Of a stretch of DNA of 64,000 nt, positions 44,447 through 57,094 are shown piece by piece. A program made the translations under genes and the position numbers. This stretch comes from Klebsormidium nitens (lineage: Eukaryota; Plantae; Klebsormidiophyceae). Position 1 is the stretch's first letter. The number at the start of each line of letters is the position of its first letter. The stretch spans positions 62,001-126,000 of the forward strand of contig DF236976.1 of assembly GCA_000708835.1 (NCBI GenBank), given 5' to 3'. The notes beneath the pieces are model-generated. The model searched no databases and was not told the DNA's origin. It was given only the letters and a program-made list of their open reading frames with translations.

Positions 44447-46837
44447 GAGTGGTTAGATCTATGAAACGGTAAGCAGAACTTAGAAGGTGCGTCGCTAGTC
44501 AAGAAACGGTAAAGTAGAGAACGCGATGGAAAGACGTGCGAGCTTCGCCTTTGATTTCGGACTCGGCTCAACATCTTCCTGTAAATAGGAGACAATCAAC
44601 GTACAAGACTGGGCAGGAGGGACAGGATAACGGCTGGCGCGGCAGCTGAGGATTCGTTATCTGCGGTAAGGTCGTTTACAGCCGCCTGTTCTGCCAGCGG
44701 TAAAATCTTAAGCATGCATGAAGGAAAGGTGTGAGAAACGTTTGGTGGCCTTCTGACCGTTCTCAAACATGATTGATGTGTCTCAACACACTTTCTATTG
44801 CTCTGATTGGCGATGCATCGCTGCTTCTTACGTGGTCTTGAGCCGAAGCTAGCAGGGCAAATCCAAATCAGCGTTGTCTGACTACTTTACTATAGGAAGA
44901 TCCTCATGCTATTGTTGTACTGACCATGCTGGGCGGTCATTGTCTGGATCTGCATTGTTAGAGCTGATCGAAGAGGGACTCCTACCTAGAATTAGGAAGC
45001 AGCCCTTAGCCTTGCTTTGAAAATTACGTAGTATGTCGCGGCATGGTTTGGTCCTTAAGCGTACGAAGCTGAAAACATTCACCTGCAATCCTGCAAGATG
45101 GGATTTTTGGGCATATTGCAAGTCGACTCCCGACTCCAAAAGATGCGAAAACTCCATGATTACGTCTCATGCCTAAATGCACGCACGCAACGCAACGCGG
45201 AAATAATCATTGAAGAAGCTCTCACTGCAGCCCCGTAAGACGTAGCTTGTAGCGCATGCGAAAGCCTTTGTACCTCCATTGATGCCACTTTTTCCGTCGC
45301 TCCCAGCTCGCGTCACCATTCGGCTGACTTGTGAGAACCGTCCTCGTTCTTCTACCTTCTGGAAGCCGCCAAGCTATTTTCGCTGCTGCACTCATGACTG
45401 GCGGTTCTTAAACAGAATGAGGGCCTCAGAACAACCGTAAATTTCTTAGGACATGTTCTCATCATCCATGATGACCTGCCGGAGCAGCCATGCCTACGGT
45501 CTGCCCGAAACTTGTTCGGCGTTAGACACGTTCGACTTTTGAAACTCAAAAGCCATGATTGAGGCAAAGCGAATTACATGCGAGACAGGCCAACACCTTG
45601 TCATAGAGGCCCGGTTAAGGTGCCTAACTTGTTTCTAGCTTGAACCGAGGACTTCTTCAATCTCACGTCAACAGAGGCAAAAAGCAATCGCAGCCCTCCA
45701 GAAAAGCTGGTGGGCGATGCCGATCTACGATTATCTTAACTCAGTAGGTCGTCAAAGTGACGTCAGTCGGTGAAGTGATGGTTTACGGCTCTAAAGCCGC
45801 GTGACCGACCGGAGGGCATCCTTGCCCATTATGCAGCCAGGCCATGCACTCCGAGAAGCCACCAAATGAACAAGCGGTGAACCGATCAGTCTCCCTGCGG
45901 GGGACCGTGGCTTGCCTAACCCGGCGTAACCCGTCAGATTCTAAAACTGTATTGAGGCATTGAAAACAGCAAACCCCCCTCAAACCTTAAAATTCGACTG
46001 GGACATGCCTGACCCACCTCATATTACCACGAGAAAGCACGTCATCACCGACTGACGAACCTTATTTTGCCGGAAAATGCGGAGCCCATCCGTGAAAGTG
46101 CGGAGCGACAGGAGCTTCTTCGACAATAAAAAGCAGTGTCTTGCGCCATGCATGCATGTAAGGCCGTGCGCAATTCCTGAATTTCAAGGTCCGTCTGAGA
46201 CATCTGGCACGGGACCTTCCGCGTCGAAATTTGGCTAAGCCAATGGCCAGTCTAAAATGCTGAAAATTAACGGTCTGAAAAATTTGCTTAACCTTCGTTC
46301 GTGATACAACCCTATGGGTTCCCTTGGAAAGGCAAGCCGGCCAATAGAGCGTGATTTGTGAAACCCCGCGCGCGCTCTCGAGATTTTCGGGTGATCCAGG
46401 ATACAGCTCGGTACTACCGACCGACAACAAAGGTCCAGCCCACACGTTCTATACACGCAGCCCGGGTGAAGGCGCGGGTCATATTTTCTTAGTGCTGCAG
46501 TACGTGCTCTTCAAGGATTTTTGTTTCCAGCAGGACTTCCATATGTAGACCTTGCTTTCAGGAGATATGTTTCTTGTCTTCCTGGCTCGACCACCTAGTG
46601 GGCTTTGACGGTGCTTCACTCTGGAGAAATAATCATCCAATCTGGCATTTTGACTACAAGCATACGTAGACATCCCGAAGATCATGCATAAGATACATAA
46701 GAAGCAGCTCCCTTATCGTGTGTCCTCTTCTTAAGGACTACGGTCAAAGGCTACAGTCTGCATGTGCCGCCATATGAGTACGCTGCTGCGGAGCAAAATT
46801 AGCTGCTGAGGCTGAATCAACCAAGAATAGACGAAAG

Positions 46838-48340
46838 ATGGACACCTCGCAGGTATTCAGGGCCATCAAGAAGGACATCTGCGAGAACCCCGTTGTGTTT
46901 TTTGGGTAAGGAGAGACTCTGACTACTCATGCACGATCTGGAGCTTTGGAGCCAAGCTTCGTGTCGGCTTGGTCTGAGAGATGTGGTGCCAAGGAAACTG
47001 CAAGCTGCATCTCTCCTCAATGATCCTTTGCCAAATGATCCGCGCGTAAAATCAGTACCCAAATGTGCGCGCGCGTCAGAGTCTCTGACTGAGAAATGCT
47101 GAAAGATGCACCGTTGTTTCCCGTTGATTGAAACAATTCAACCTGGATTCGGAGCAGAGAAATGTCAAAAACCTTGGCACGATACACCCGTTGAGGGAGA
47201 TCAAAAGGCCAGAAATACTTGTCGCTCGAGAATCATGGGCGTTCCAAGAGTCAAGGCAAATTCACTCTATCAGGTTCATGCTGCACTGCTACTTTACGCG
47301 CCGCTCAAAGCGCCCGTATATCCTGTCTATCCCAGCAAATCCGACTGCCCATTCACCAGACGGGTGCGAGAGCTCTTCGACGAGCTAGGGGCCAAATACG
47401 TTGAGCGAGACATCGACGTGGACCGTGAGCGATCTTGGTTTTCACTGGACCCCTTCTCCCAGCTTAGTTGGGACGATTTTGCTGCCGGAGGATTTTCGAA
47501 AGGACCGAGCGAGTCCGTCCCTGTTTGGAGATATTCTGATCGCTTCTGGATTAGTCCCCGCTAGACGCCTGGGCTTTAATCTGGTCTTGACGAAAGAGGA
47601 TAAAATACTTTGCTCGCATGATTGAGGTGTCATGATTTTGGGATGCTTCGAAGGGGGGCTGGACTCTGCATCTCTTGAAGTGGAGCAGTTTGGTCGTGTT
47701 GTCATCAATGCTTCAAGGGTGATTTTTCGGTCTCGATTCCACGATTCTGTAGAATCTTTCATAGCGGAGTTCAAAAACATCGACTCAGAAACAGCTTTGT
47801 CTGCACGACGCCGGTAGGGCAAGTCATGACTGCGAGGCTGATCCCGTCACGCTTGCGCCCTCGTCTGATGTGCAGCGGAGTGGTACCTGATGCAGATCGT
47901 CCTGACCGAGCTCACTGGGCAGCCCACAGTGCCGTATGTCTTCATCAACGGCCGTTTCATTGGGGGTGCCGAAGGCAAGTGTTCTCTTATCAATTTGAAT
48001 TCGGATTGCTGAGCGGTCTGGCTAGAAGCAAAACTCTGAGGACTGGCGCGGAATTGACGCATCTCTCTTCCTATTCAGACCCTGTCGAGGATTTAGGTCC
48101 TCATAAGGGTGCTTGATCAAGTTGACTGGTCAGACGTATGCTGCTGGGAAGTTGGTTCAACACATTTGTAGTGCATCTCACCATCAACTCCTGCATCTGC
48201 TGTGCCTGATTCTCAAAAGTACCGGACGGTTGTCACTGGCGCCAACTCTTTGTGCACCCTTACTTTTGCATCCAGATACCCTGACTTTGGCTGCAAGTGG
48301 CGAACTGCCGATCCTGCTGCGCGAAGCCAATGCTCTTTAG
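46838..48340 (+). CDS. Glutaredoxin B, tandem paralog, monothiol DCPFT, with a GC-AG third intron
   Basis: Exons 46838-46905, 47336-47424, 47876-47974, 48276-48340 (68/89/99/65 nt, identical to paralog A): MDTSQVFRAIKKDICENPVVFFG|KSDCPFTRRVRELFDELGAKYVERDIDVD|PEWYLMQIVLTELTGQPTVPYVFINGRFIGGAE|DTLTLAASGELPILLREANAL*. Confidence 0.93.
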
Positions 48341-49645
48341 TCTAGAATGTTTTGGTCCTATTTAGAAATTAGAGGGGTCCTTCTTCAATGCTGTGGAATC
48401 TTTAGGCGGAAGTAGCTACTGATTCGAACGCCATAGAAACTGCCCAGCAACCTGAACTTGCTCTTTACGTGGCCTCCACCGTTGGGCCTCTGCAGATCAA
48501 GGTACTTGATAGCTTGCTGCAGTCTGCACTCATAGGATTACCAGTCTCGTCAACGTCTTACGTCGACTGACGTCAACGTCAGTCTCATCAAGCTTGTCTT
48601 CTTCTAATGCGGAGATGCCAGGCACGGCGACGCAATGATGCGCATCTAACGTTAGAGTGGCCAACAGGATTGGATCATTAAAGCTCCAAGTAGCTAGACT
48701 TGTTTCAATCCAGTCCAATCTTTCATTTCAGATCATTTATAGGGAGGCCGTGGGGATCGCCGCCCTTGTAAAGAAGGATTGCCATCATGCATGATGGGCG
48801 GTTCGTTGTTCTGCATATATGCTGAAACATCATGGATTCGTCGTCAACATAAATTAAGTAACAAGTTTGACTTCGATGAAGGACTCAATCTGAAGACGAC
48901 ATCTGATGTTTACTTTCCTTCAGGAGGCAAATGCTCGTGTACACAAGGTTCGTTGAATGATCGTCAAATTGGCCAAGTCGCATATGCATGTGCTTACGTG
49001 TATACACTAGTGCGGTTCATTGCTCTTCACTGTCAATCAACGGGGGCCGCGATGCATCCTTTGGAGAAGGCGGCAAGATTCGATATTTCAAGGGGATCTC
49101 ATGCAGATTTGATATAAATCCGTTCAAAGCGGGCACGACTAATCAATGCTACATAATCGGACTGAGTGCAGTGACTCTTTACACCAAAGCTTAGTCGATT
49201 TGGCTCAACTTTCCGCTCGCGGTTTCTTAAAAGTCGAGTACCTTATCCCTTACCCAATCCCTTCACCAGCCGGCAGGCCACAGGCCCATCTATTAAGCGG
49301 CTTCAAGGGCTCGAAGCGATTAAGTGTCGGTATTGGAACGGCAAAAATCATGTGCAACTGCACAATCCTGCCTTCAATGTTACGTACCCATGTCGAGTTC
49401 GGTTGCAGCTAACCTGGTCCCCGCGTATAACAAAATGCGCCGTCTTATGACAGCAGTCCAATTGAACGATCCTTGAATGTCCCCTCTCGATTTACTACCG
49501 TAGGTGGCCCGAATACGGCACGAATCTAAATTACAGGAGACGAAGACGGTCTTCATCTCAGATCCTCTTGAATAAGGCCTTGGGCACAGTCCAACATAAT
49601 TACAGGTGCCCTTGAATACATAAACCTCCCTCCGAAGGGGGGCAA

Positions 49646-52600
49646 TCAGAGTGCGCCCACCGGAGGAGCCTTCCGGTTCTCTTCCCCGTGCACTGTCATC
49701 TCGTCCTTGTAGTAGTTTTCCCCCGCGAAGCTTTCGTCGGTGGTTATGGTCCGAACCGGGCCCTTGTAGTACTTCCGCGCGCTCGCGAACCACAGGATCA
49801 GCGCAACCAACGTCACCGCCCCGGCAGTAACGGGCGTATAGTTGAACGTGTTGCTGTGGATAGAGGTTCGAGACGGTTTAACGCACGCTCAGAAGGAGAG
49901 TACAGCACGTCACGCTCCTGTGTTTCGGGTAACAGTACGGTGGCAGCTCCGAACGACGCCCATGAACAGTTGATAACGGTTGCGACCCAGGTTGCTGTCG
50001 TCAGATCTCACCACTGATTCCAGCCTCAGAATACTTTTACCCGATGGGGATAATTGAGACCGTCAGCTGTGTGGGCCATCGCAAAACCAACCGTGAAACT
50101 TGGCGGGAAAGTTTCAGGATTCGAGAGCATAAAACAGGGCTTTGGCTGACAAGCTGCCTTCGTGGAGGGACTCAAACTTGAACCTTCGACATAACACAAG
50201 GATCTAAACGCGACAAACTCCACCTCCAGGGATCCGACATCATCCAAAGTTTCCCTCTTGGCCAAGGAAGGAAAAGTCTATTGCGGATGCTTTTGCTCAC
50301 CTGTCGATCGGATACGAGATGGGCAGGCAGAACACGACGCACATGAAGACCATGTAAACGACGGCGATCGTGCCGCTGACGTAACTGAACCTGTAAACGT
50401 GAGCGGTCAAGGTTACAAGCAGGGTCCACGTGGGCTGTAAACATTTGTCTACCCAAACTCTGCAGCGGCTTGCATCAGCTTGCAGCAAACCTTGGCAAGC
50501 GGTTCATCAGGACGATGTTCCACGGCTTTTCGAAATAGATTGCATACGAGATGGGCCGTCACAACACTGCGATTACGATACAGGAGAGGACCCTTCGTCG
50601 AAAGAAAAGACTGCGAAACGCATGCCTAGGAACAGCTACCAAACTACCGGCTCTCCCGGCTCGGCCCCTAAAACTTCAATCAAGCTGTCAACTCTTGATC
50701 CTTTGCATCTGTAAAACCGGGAGGTCGAGTACACAACAGTTCCCGCAATGAGAGTTTCTTGAAAGCCACACAGCCTGGAGTCCCAATAATCACAAGATGC
50801 AGAAACCCTAGAAGCGTCATCAGAGAAGCGCTCACCAGCCCAGGTGGAACGGCCCCGGGTGGAAGTTGTGCGGGCACACGAGGCGCAGCGCGATCGGGAT
50901 CGTATACGCGATGTACGCCCCGATGGTGCTGGCTGACGTCACGGCATTGAATGCGATGGAGTTCTTGAGGATGAAGAGCGAGAAGCAGAAGGAGAAGAAG
51001 ACGGACACCCAGACCGCGACGATCGGCGTGTGCGTGCTGGCCGGCGACCAGTGCAAGAACTTGCTGAAGGGGACGGCCTTGTCGCGCGTCACCGCGAAGA
51101 GCTGCGGGAGGGTTATGGTCCAGGTTAGTGTACTATAACGCGGAGGGGTTACGGCAAAGTTCCCCCTTTTAAACATTTACCAGCGGCTTCAGCAACTCTG
51201 AAGGGGACGGCCTTGTCGCAGGTCACCGCTTACAGCTGCGGGGGGGTTACGCTGGTTAGTGGACCACTAACCAGAAGTACTCGTAATCAGGGGTTTTCAC
51301 GGCAAAGTCTTCTCCTCGGAATATTGTCAACGATCAGCTTCAAGATGTGCTGAAGGGGTCGGCCTTCACAGCAAACAGCTGCCCAAAGCCAGGAAACCAC
51401 GTGACCCAAGACGGGTGGGTAGTTTGCCCACCAGCGTGGCAGCTTAACCCAGGGGTTATCCAGCCAAGATCCTGACTGCTATTTGGGTTCGGACGACGAT
51501 CTTCAGCAACTCAGTGCTGCCCAAACGACGCAAGGTCTGCCATGCAGATGATTCGCGTCAATCGCGCTGCCATGACATGCTTCAGCCCCCTTGAGCCTTC
51601 CGGATCTCAGGGTTAGCAAGATGACATGCGCGTGTTACGAGGCGGTTAGGGACTGACCACTCGGGACGTGGCCGCCAGCTGCGCCACCCCGCTGAACCAC
51701 GCCGCCAGGAGGGGGATCATCAGCAGTGCGATCGCGCCCTTGTACGTGTGACCCTTGCTGACGAAAGCGTCGTAGAAGATCTGCCCCACCGCGTTCAGAC
51801 CGGCCGTCGCATTCCCGGGGTCCAAAATCGTCAAGGGGTCCTGCGGAAGCCGGAAGAGCGGAGTGAAAGGCGTGCATAAATGAATGCTGCATTACCAGCG
51901 CCAAAGATGCCCTCTTGATTGCGCACAGAACGGGGCGCAGATGAGCATTGGCGGCAAAGACCAACTTTGCAAATTCTTAAAAGTGGTCGTTAGGACAACG
52001 TGCGAAAGTGAGGAGGCGCGAAAATGGGTTCCGTTGGTTCACTTGCGAAGCTCGTCTTGCCACCAGCTGCGGGAAAAAATGCTTCTTCCAATGCTCTTTT
52101 GCCTTTCCTCCGTTCCAATTTGCCTTATCTCGAGTTGAGCCGCTACCCCGCCCAAAAGCGACCAGTTTTGCTTTGTGCTTCCCCATCAAATTTGTATTCG
52201 CAACAGCCCAGAGGACAGCCAGAGGATCCAGCTCGCCCGACACGGCATCACGTCAGCATCCTTCAGTATGCTCGATGGACTCCTTTTACCACTTAGAAGA
52301 AGCGGCTCAGATCAACGCTTGGCCCGACTGTGCAAAGCAGCAGGCCTCAAGAGCCGCTGACGTCATCTTTACGCCGAACGTACAGCAATAACGGAAGACG
52401 TCAGTTGAAAAGCTCCGCTTGCCAGGAACCGTCCCCAGAAACCGAAAAGGCTGCTGACGTGATGCTGACCTGGATGCAGAAGGTGAGGACGAGCAGGTAG
52501 AGGAAGCCCGCAACAGCCGCGGAGACGACGGCGCTGACGATCATGATCGGCGCGGTCCAGTCGGCACCGACCGTCTCTTCCGTCAGATGCGTCGCGGCCT

Positions 52601-55600
52601 GCACAACGATTCGCGATCAGAATTTGCAAGAACAGCAAGACTGTGAGCCGTCTCAGAAGGTCCAAGTATGCGATCTTTTTAATTTTGTAATTTGAGGTGT
52701 GAATAGATCTGGCTAGGTAGGAGTTCCGGGCGGAGCAGTCAGCAGTTCTATGCAGAAACGTCGACGTCAGGGAGGAAGATATCTTCGCTAAAGGACCACG
52801 GCTCGAGCTCGAGTGTGGTCACTGGGGGCAGGTAAGATACCTTTCTACGATCCGACTGTGCCACATACGGCATGGAAATTGCCGGAGAAACCGCCTGCTG
52901 AGGGAAATCGAACTCAAAGATGGTAACGAAAGGTAATTTCCAATAGTTGCGAGCCGGGTCACTGCGCTGCACCTCACGCACACGGCTCCCTGCCATTAAG
53001 TATAGGACCCATTTTCAAAGACGTTTAGCAAGCCATCAAGCGGTTCTGAAACCCCGATGACCAATTCATATGAAACTCGGAATGCAATGGAAAGATGCAG
53101 CTGGCTGTCGTGGAGCTAGACTCTAGCAACAGATTGCGACAGACTCACGTCGTAAGCCAGGAGTGTGAACTGGCTCATGAGCAGGCCGATCAGGAAGACG
53201 TAGAACTTGTTGTTGACGCCGGTGCCTATCGCTGGCTCGTACTGCGTGAAGACGAACTTGGCGGACTGCTTGTGGTCTGCAAAACAATTCGCGTCATTCT
53301 CGTGCGCGCTCGACAAAACAATGTGTCCGCAGTAGCTTCGCCTTTTCCTGCGAGCGCTACGAGTCCAGCTTGCCCGACCGGACGATCCAGGATGACAGGA
53401 GTCAATGTCCGTTGAGGAGCTTCCAAGAATGCCAGATTTGAAGCAGCGAATCAGACGTTCATAAAAGTGGCGGCTATACGTTGGGTGGAGTTCTGAGCGC
53501 TTGCTGCCGGACCTTCGCAATCCAGTAAGGACTGATGAAAGTAGACAAGCGTCTCGTAGGCGAGGAGATCAAGTAGAGCCCTTTGAACCCATGTGGAAAA
53601 CGGGTTCAAAATTCGATCGCGACCTGATAACATGGGCTCCGTCAGCGCGCAAGCTCGTCGCCTGAAGTAGCTGAAAAGCGGAGCAAACCCGGAACGTACG
53701 GGCGGGGACTTCTTACCTGAGATTGACAAAAGGGTCACACAGATGATGATGAGGCCAGCGATCTCGATGTAGAGGGCCATCTTCTCGAAGACGGCGAGGA
53801 AATTGACATGGAACGAGTTGATGATGCCCTGCAAGATAGAAAAACGTTGTCGCAAACAGCTCCGAGCTCGGATCACAAACTTGACCCCCCAATAGATTGA
53901 CGCCTAAAAGGCCCGTGCCAAACAGCTCCGTTGACATGTTTAAATGTGTTGATACTTGTTGTTGATAAGGCACCACTTTGTACTCTGGGCACAATCGACG
54001 CTTACAAGGCCTGTGCCAATCGGGCGTCACATAGACGCTTAGGGCATATATGGTGCTCTTTTAACGCCAAACAAGTGCGTTGATTGGCGCCAAGCTGGTT
54101 GGCACCTTTCTGCCCACTGAAAGGCACCAATCTGTTGGGGGGGTATGTTTCTGATATCAGCCGCTCCTATCTGGCTTAAGAGTTTTAGTTTGACTCAAAC
54201 CAACGAAAATCTGAATCCTTATCAGGGAAGCTGTCTCTGCGAGAATGCTAAGATCGTCACACTTGCACATGGTAGTACTCGTCGCCGTCTTCCTTTACTG
54301 CTCTCGTCGAGAACCTCACCAAATGCTGCCGCGTTTTGCACAAAGGACCGACTTCCTCAAACCTACCATTTGCTCGCGTAGAAGCGTTCCATGTACGAGA
54401 TTACTTCTAACCAGAGACAGACACGGGATTCGATGAATGCGACGATTTACCTGAAGGATAGCCAGGATTGTCATGAAGAGCAAGATCATTTCCTTGGTCG
54501 CCACGTAGCCCGTCTCTCCCCCGGGGCCGGTACTTAGAACGATCTGTGTAGCGATGACATTGGCCCCAATGCTGTTGATCACTGCCATCCCACAAACGAA
54601 GCCCAGATAGTTGAACCAACCCTGCAGCAACACAAATTATTGACGGTTTGGGAGCGCAATTCTGCCAATGCTAATCTTCATCGGGGTGCCCTGCTCTATG
54701 ACCGAGAAAGAGTGCATGTCCTCTTTTGTGAAGAAGAGCAAAGACGCCCGGGCTGGATAGTATTGACGAAGTCCAAAAATCGTTTGCTGACCTCAGCCGA
54801 TCGTTTCCTCCTCGCTATGCCATGCAAGAGTCCCTTTGGACATCGACAAAAGTTGTTGGGTAAGCCTAGTCTTATCTGGTGACCACAACCCGAGGGAGAG
54901 ACGGCAAAGGGAATCCAATGATCGTTCGTAGCGCATGGGACAACTGGAGGATGTGAAGTCTACAAAAGCTCTTGGGTAGAGAAACACATGCATATAAAGA
55001 TACAGCGACGACCAACCTCTCCGTTTGTCAACAATAACCACTACCCACATCAATACCCACTCTGCGGAGGTACTTGGGTCTTTGACTTTGCAATTGCTAG
55101 CCTACGACTTTTTGAGACCAACCCATGTAAGTTGGCACAGCTTCCTGAGCGAGTTCGCTACTTCCATGCAGCCACTATGTATAAGAAGAAATTCGACTCA
55201 CCGTGATCCAGGACGCAATAGGGCCCCACTTGGGCCCCGCCAGGTGGTAAGACCAGAAATAGAGCCCTCCAGCCGTCTGCAAAAAGAGTTTGTAGAATCA
55301 GCACCACAGCGATTGCAGAACCTGCATGGACTTGTGACCTATGGAAAGGCGGACGTAAGGGGATATTCAAAGTATCGGTAGAACTTGGACATGAGAGTTT
55401 TCCGATTGACGTCCTCTGCGGAACACTTTAAGAGGCCACATGTTTCCGTCAAGCTGGATCAAAACCTCTCGAACACAGAAATTCATTCAAACGGCATAGG
55501 AATCATCGTCATCGATATATTTTCAAGCCTAAACAACAGGACATGAGCAGAAGCTTCTCTAATAGATACTACCCATCAGACGGAACAGAGATCTTTTGGC

Positions 55601-57094
55601 AGGAATGACAATTGCGTGAATGCAGCACATGCGGCAAGTTGCTCTGAGAATCTTATGTGAGGTCGCAATAGTGCCAAAGCCTGCATCTTTTGATCTGGCT
55701 TGCCTGAAAGCAGTCACATGCAACCTGCTTCAGCTTGCTGCTGTTGCAGCCCAGAACACAACATGGAAGAGATGTCCAGTGACTGCCCATCACATCAGAA
55801 TTAAGCACTTGGCTAGCAAACAAATCGCCAACCACACGGAGGGACACCAGCTTGCAGGCTCACTGCCTCAAGATTTCTTAAAAGGAGATCACTAGTCCGC
55901 ATTTTGTCCAAGTCAAGATTGACATAGAAAGAAAACGTGGAACCCTGAAGGAAGAGGACACATACCGGCAGGCTGCTCGTGAGTTCGGCCATGGAGAGCG
56001 CAATGAAGATGGAGAAGAACCCGACGGTGACCCAGCCCCAAATGACCGACACTGGACCGCCGTATGAAAAGCCCAGGCTGTACAGTCCCGTGATCCCCAT
56101 GAGCACACCAATGATGGTGTAGCTCACGGCAAAGTTGACAATCATGCCCTGCACACAGAACATTTTAATATGAGCTTGATGGGACCCCTCTACCCCAGAG
56201 CAACAAACCAGACAAAAAAGATGTCGATGCTGGAAAGAACCAATGATTTTGGATCGGGTTTCAGAAAGTGAACTTGCATGGTTAGGGGGGATGCGCCGAG
56301 CTTGTTGGATGGTATCTTCCTTCAAAGACTTTCATTCGCTTGTGACTGGGGGGATCTCATGGGCTCATGTGTCAGGCAGCCAACATGCTTTTGTGTTCAA
56401 GGTCAGACAAAGTCACAGCAGAGCGGCTGCAAAACCTGCGACTGCTTCCAAACGGCTGCCAAGAAAAGCCAGCGGACTTTCTCCTTACTGCTCAAGAAGC
56501 AAGGGCCACATGACTCTGTCAACATAGGCAAGTGCTGATCATCCATCCTAAAACTGTGCAATCCAGAGTAGCAAGAGTTGGAGCATATGCATCGGGAACT
56601 TGATCCTGAGGGAGGGGTTGACAAGGTGCGAAAGCTCACCAAGGTCCTGCTCAACTCCTGCTTGTACCTGTAAGAAAGGGGCACTTCAATCAGCAGTTAT
56701 CATACAGCTGTCCTTGCATTGTTTCTTGCGGATAGATCTTCTACACCAAGGTGCACTGCATGTTCCCAGAGTGGTGGGCTTTCCAAGCGAAACTAGATCT
56801 CAATGTGGGTTCCTTGAGAATGACAGCCCCTGCTTTTGGCAAAAAGAATGTTTGGTGCGTCTTCAGTTCTGCTTGCACATTGCAGCAAGCTGATCAGGGT
56901 ATGTGAGACAAATCCCACCTTGGGCTTTCAGCATTTCTCCTTCAAGAACTGAGCTCAGATGCACACAAGTCAAGAACCAGGTAGACTTACCCCAGCTCTC
57001 TGAGTCTCTTCTCCCCAGTGTCAGTCACAATCGCCTTGACCTTCTTGACCTTCCCCATGACCCCATGCGCTGCAGAACCAACATCAACCCCCAT
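49646..57094 (-). CDS. BAT1: ACT-family (BAT1/GABP/UGA4-like) permease, paralog B; 12 exons, 558 aa
   Basis: Exons 57094-56991, 56667-56640, 56148-55966, 55276-55202, 54621-54451, 53828-53717, 53276-53149, 52598-52470, 51840-51658, 51101-50836, 50390-50301, 49853-49646 (1677 nt). Same motifs as paralog A, and the internal exon sizes match. The symbol is family-level. Confidence 0.93.
51064..51385 (-). repeat. Three degenerate tandem copies (period ~135-150 bp) of the intron 9 / exon 10 junction of permease B
   Basis: ctgaaggggacggccttgtcgc at 51064 and 51198, and ctgaaggggtcggcctt at 51350, each followed on the + strand by agctg (minus strand CAG|CT). Confidence 0.8.

Noticed and set aside
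43313-48340. Possible selenoprotein glutaredoxins
   Set aside because: The active-site codons are TGC; there is no in-frame TGA in either CDS.
48530-48718. 62-aa minus-strand ORF between GRX-B and permease B (also 44909-45157 and 59097-59339)
   Set aside because: Short, with no recognisable motif or supporting exon chain; probably UTR or intergenic.
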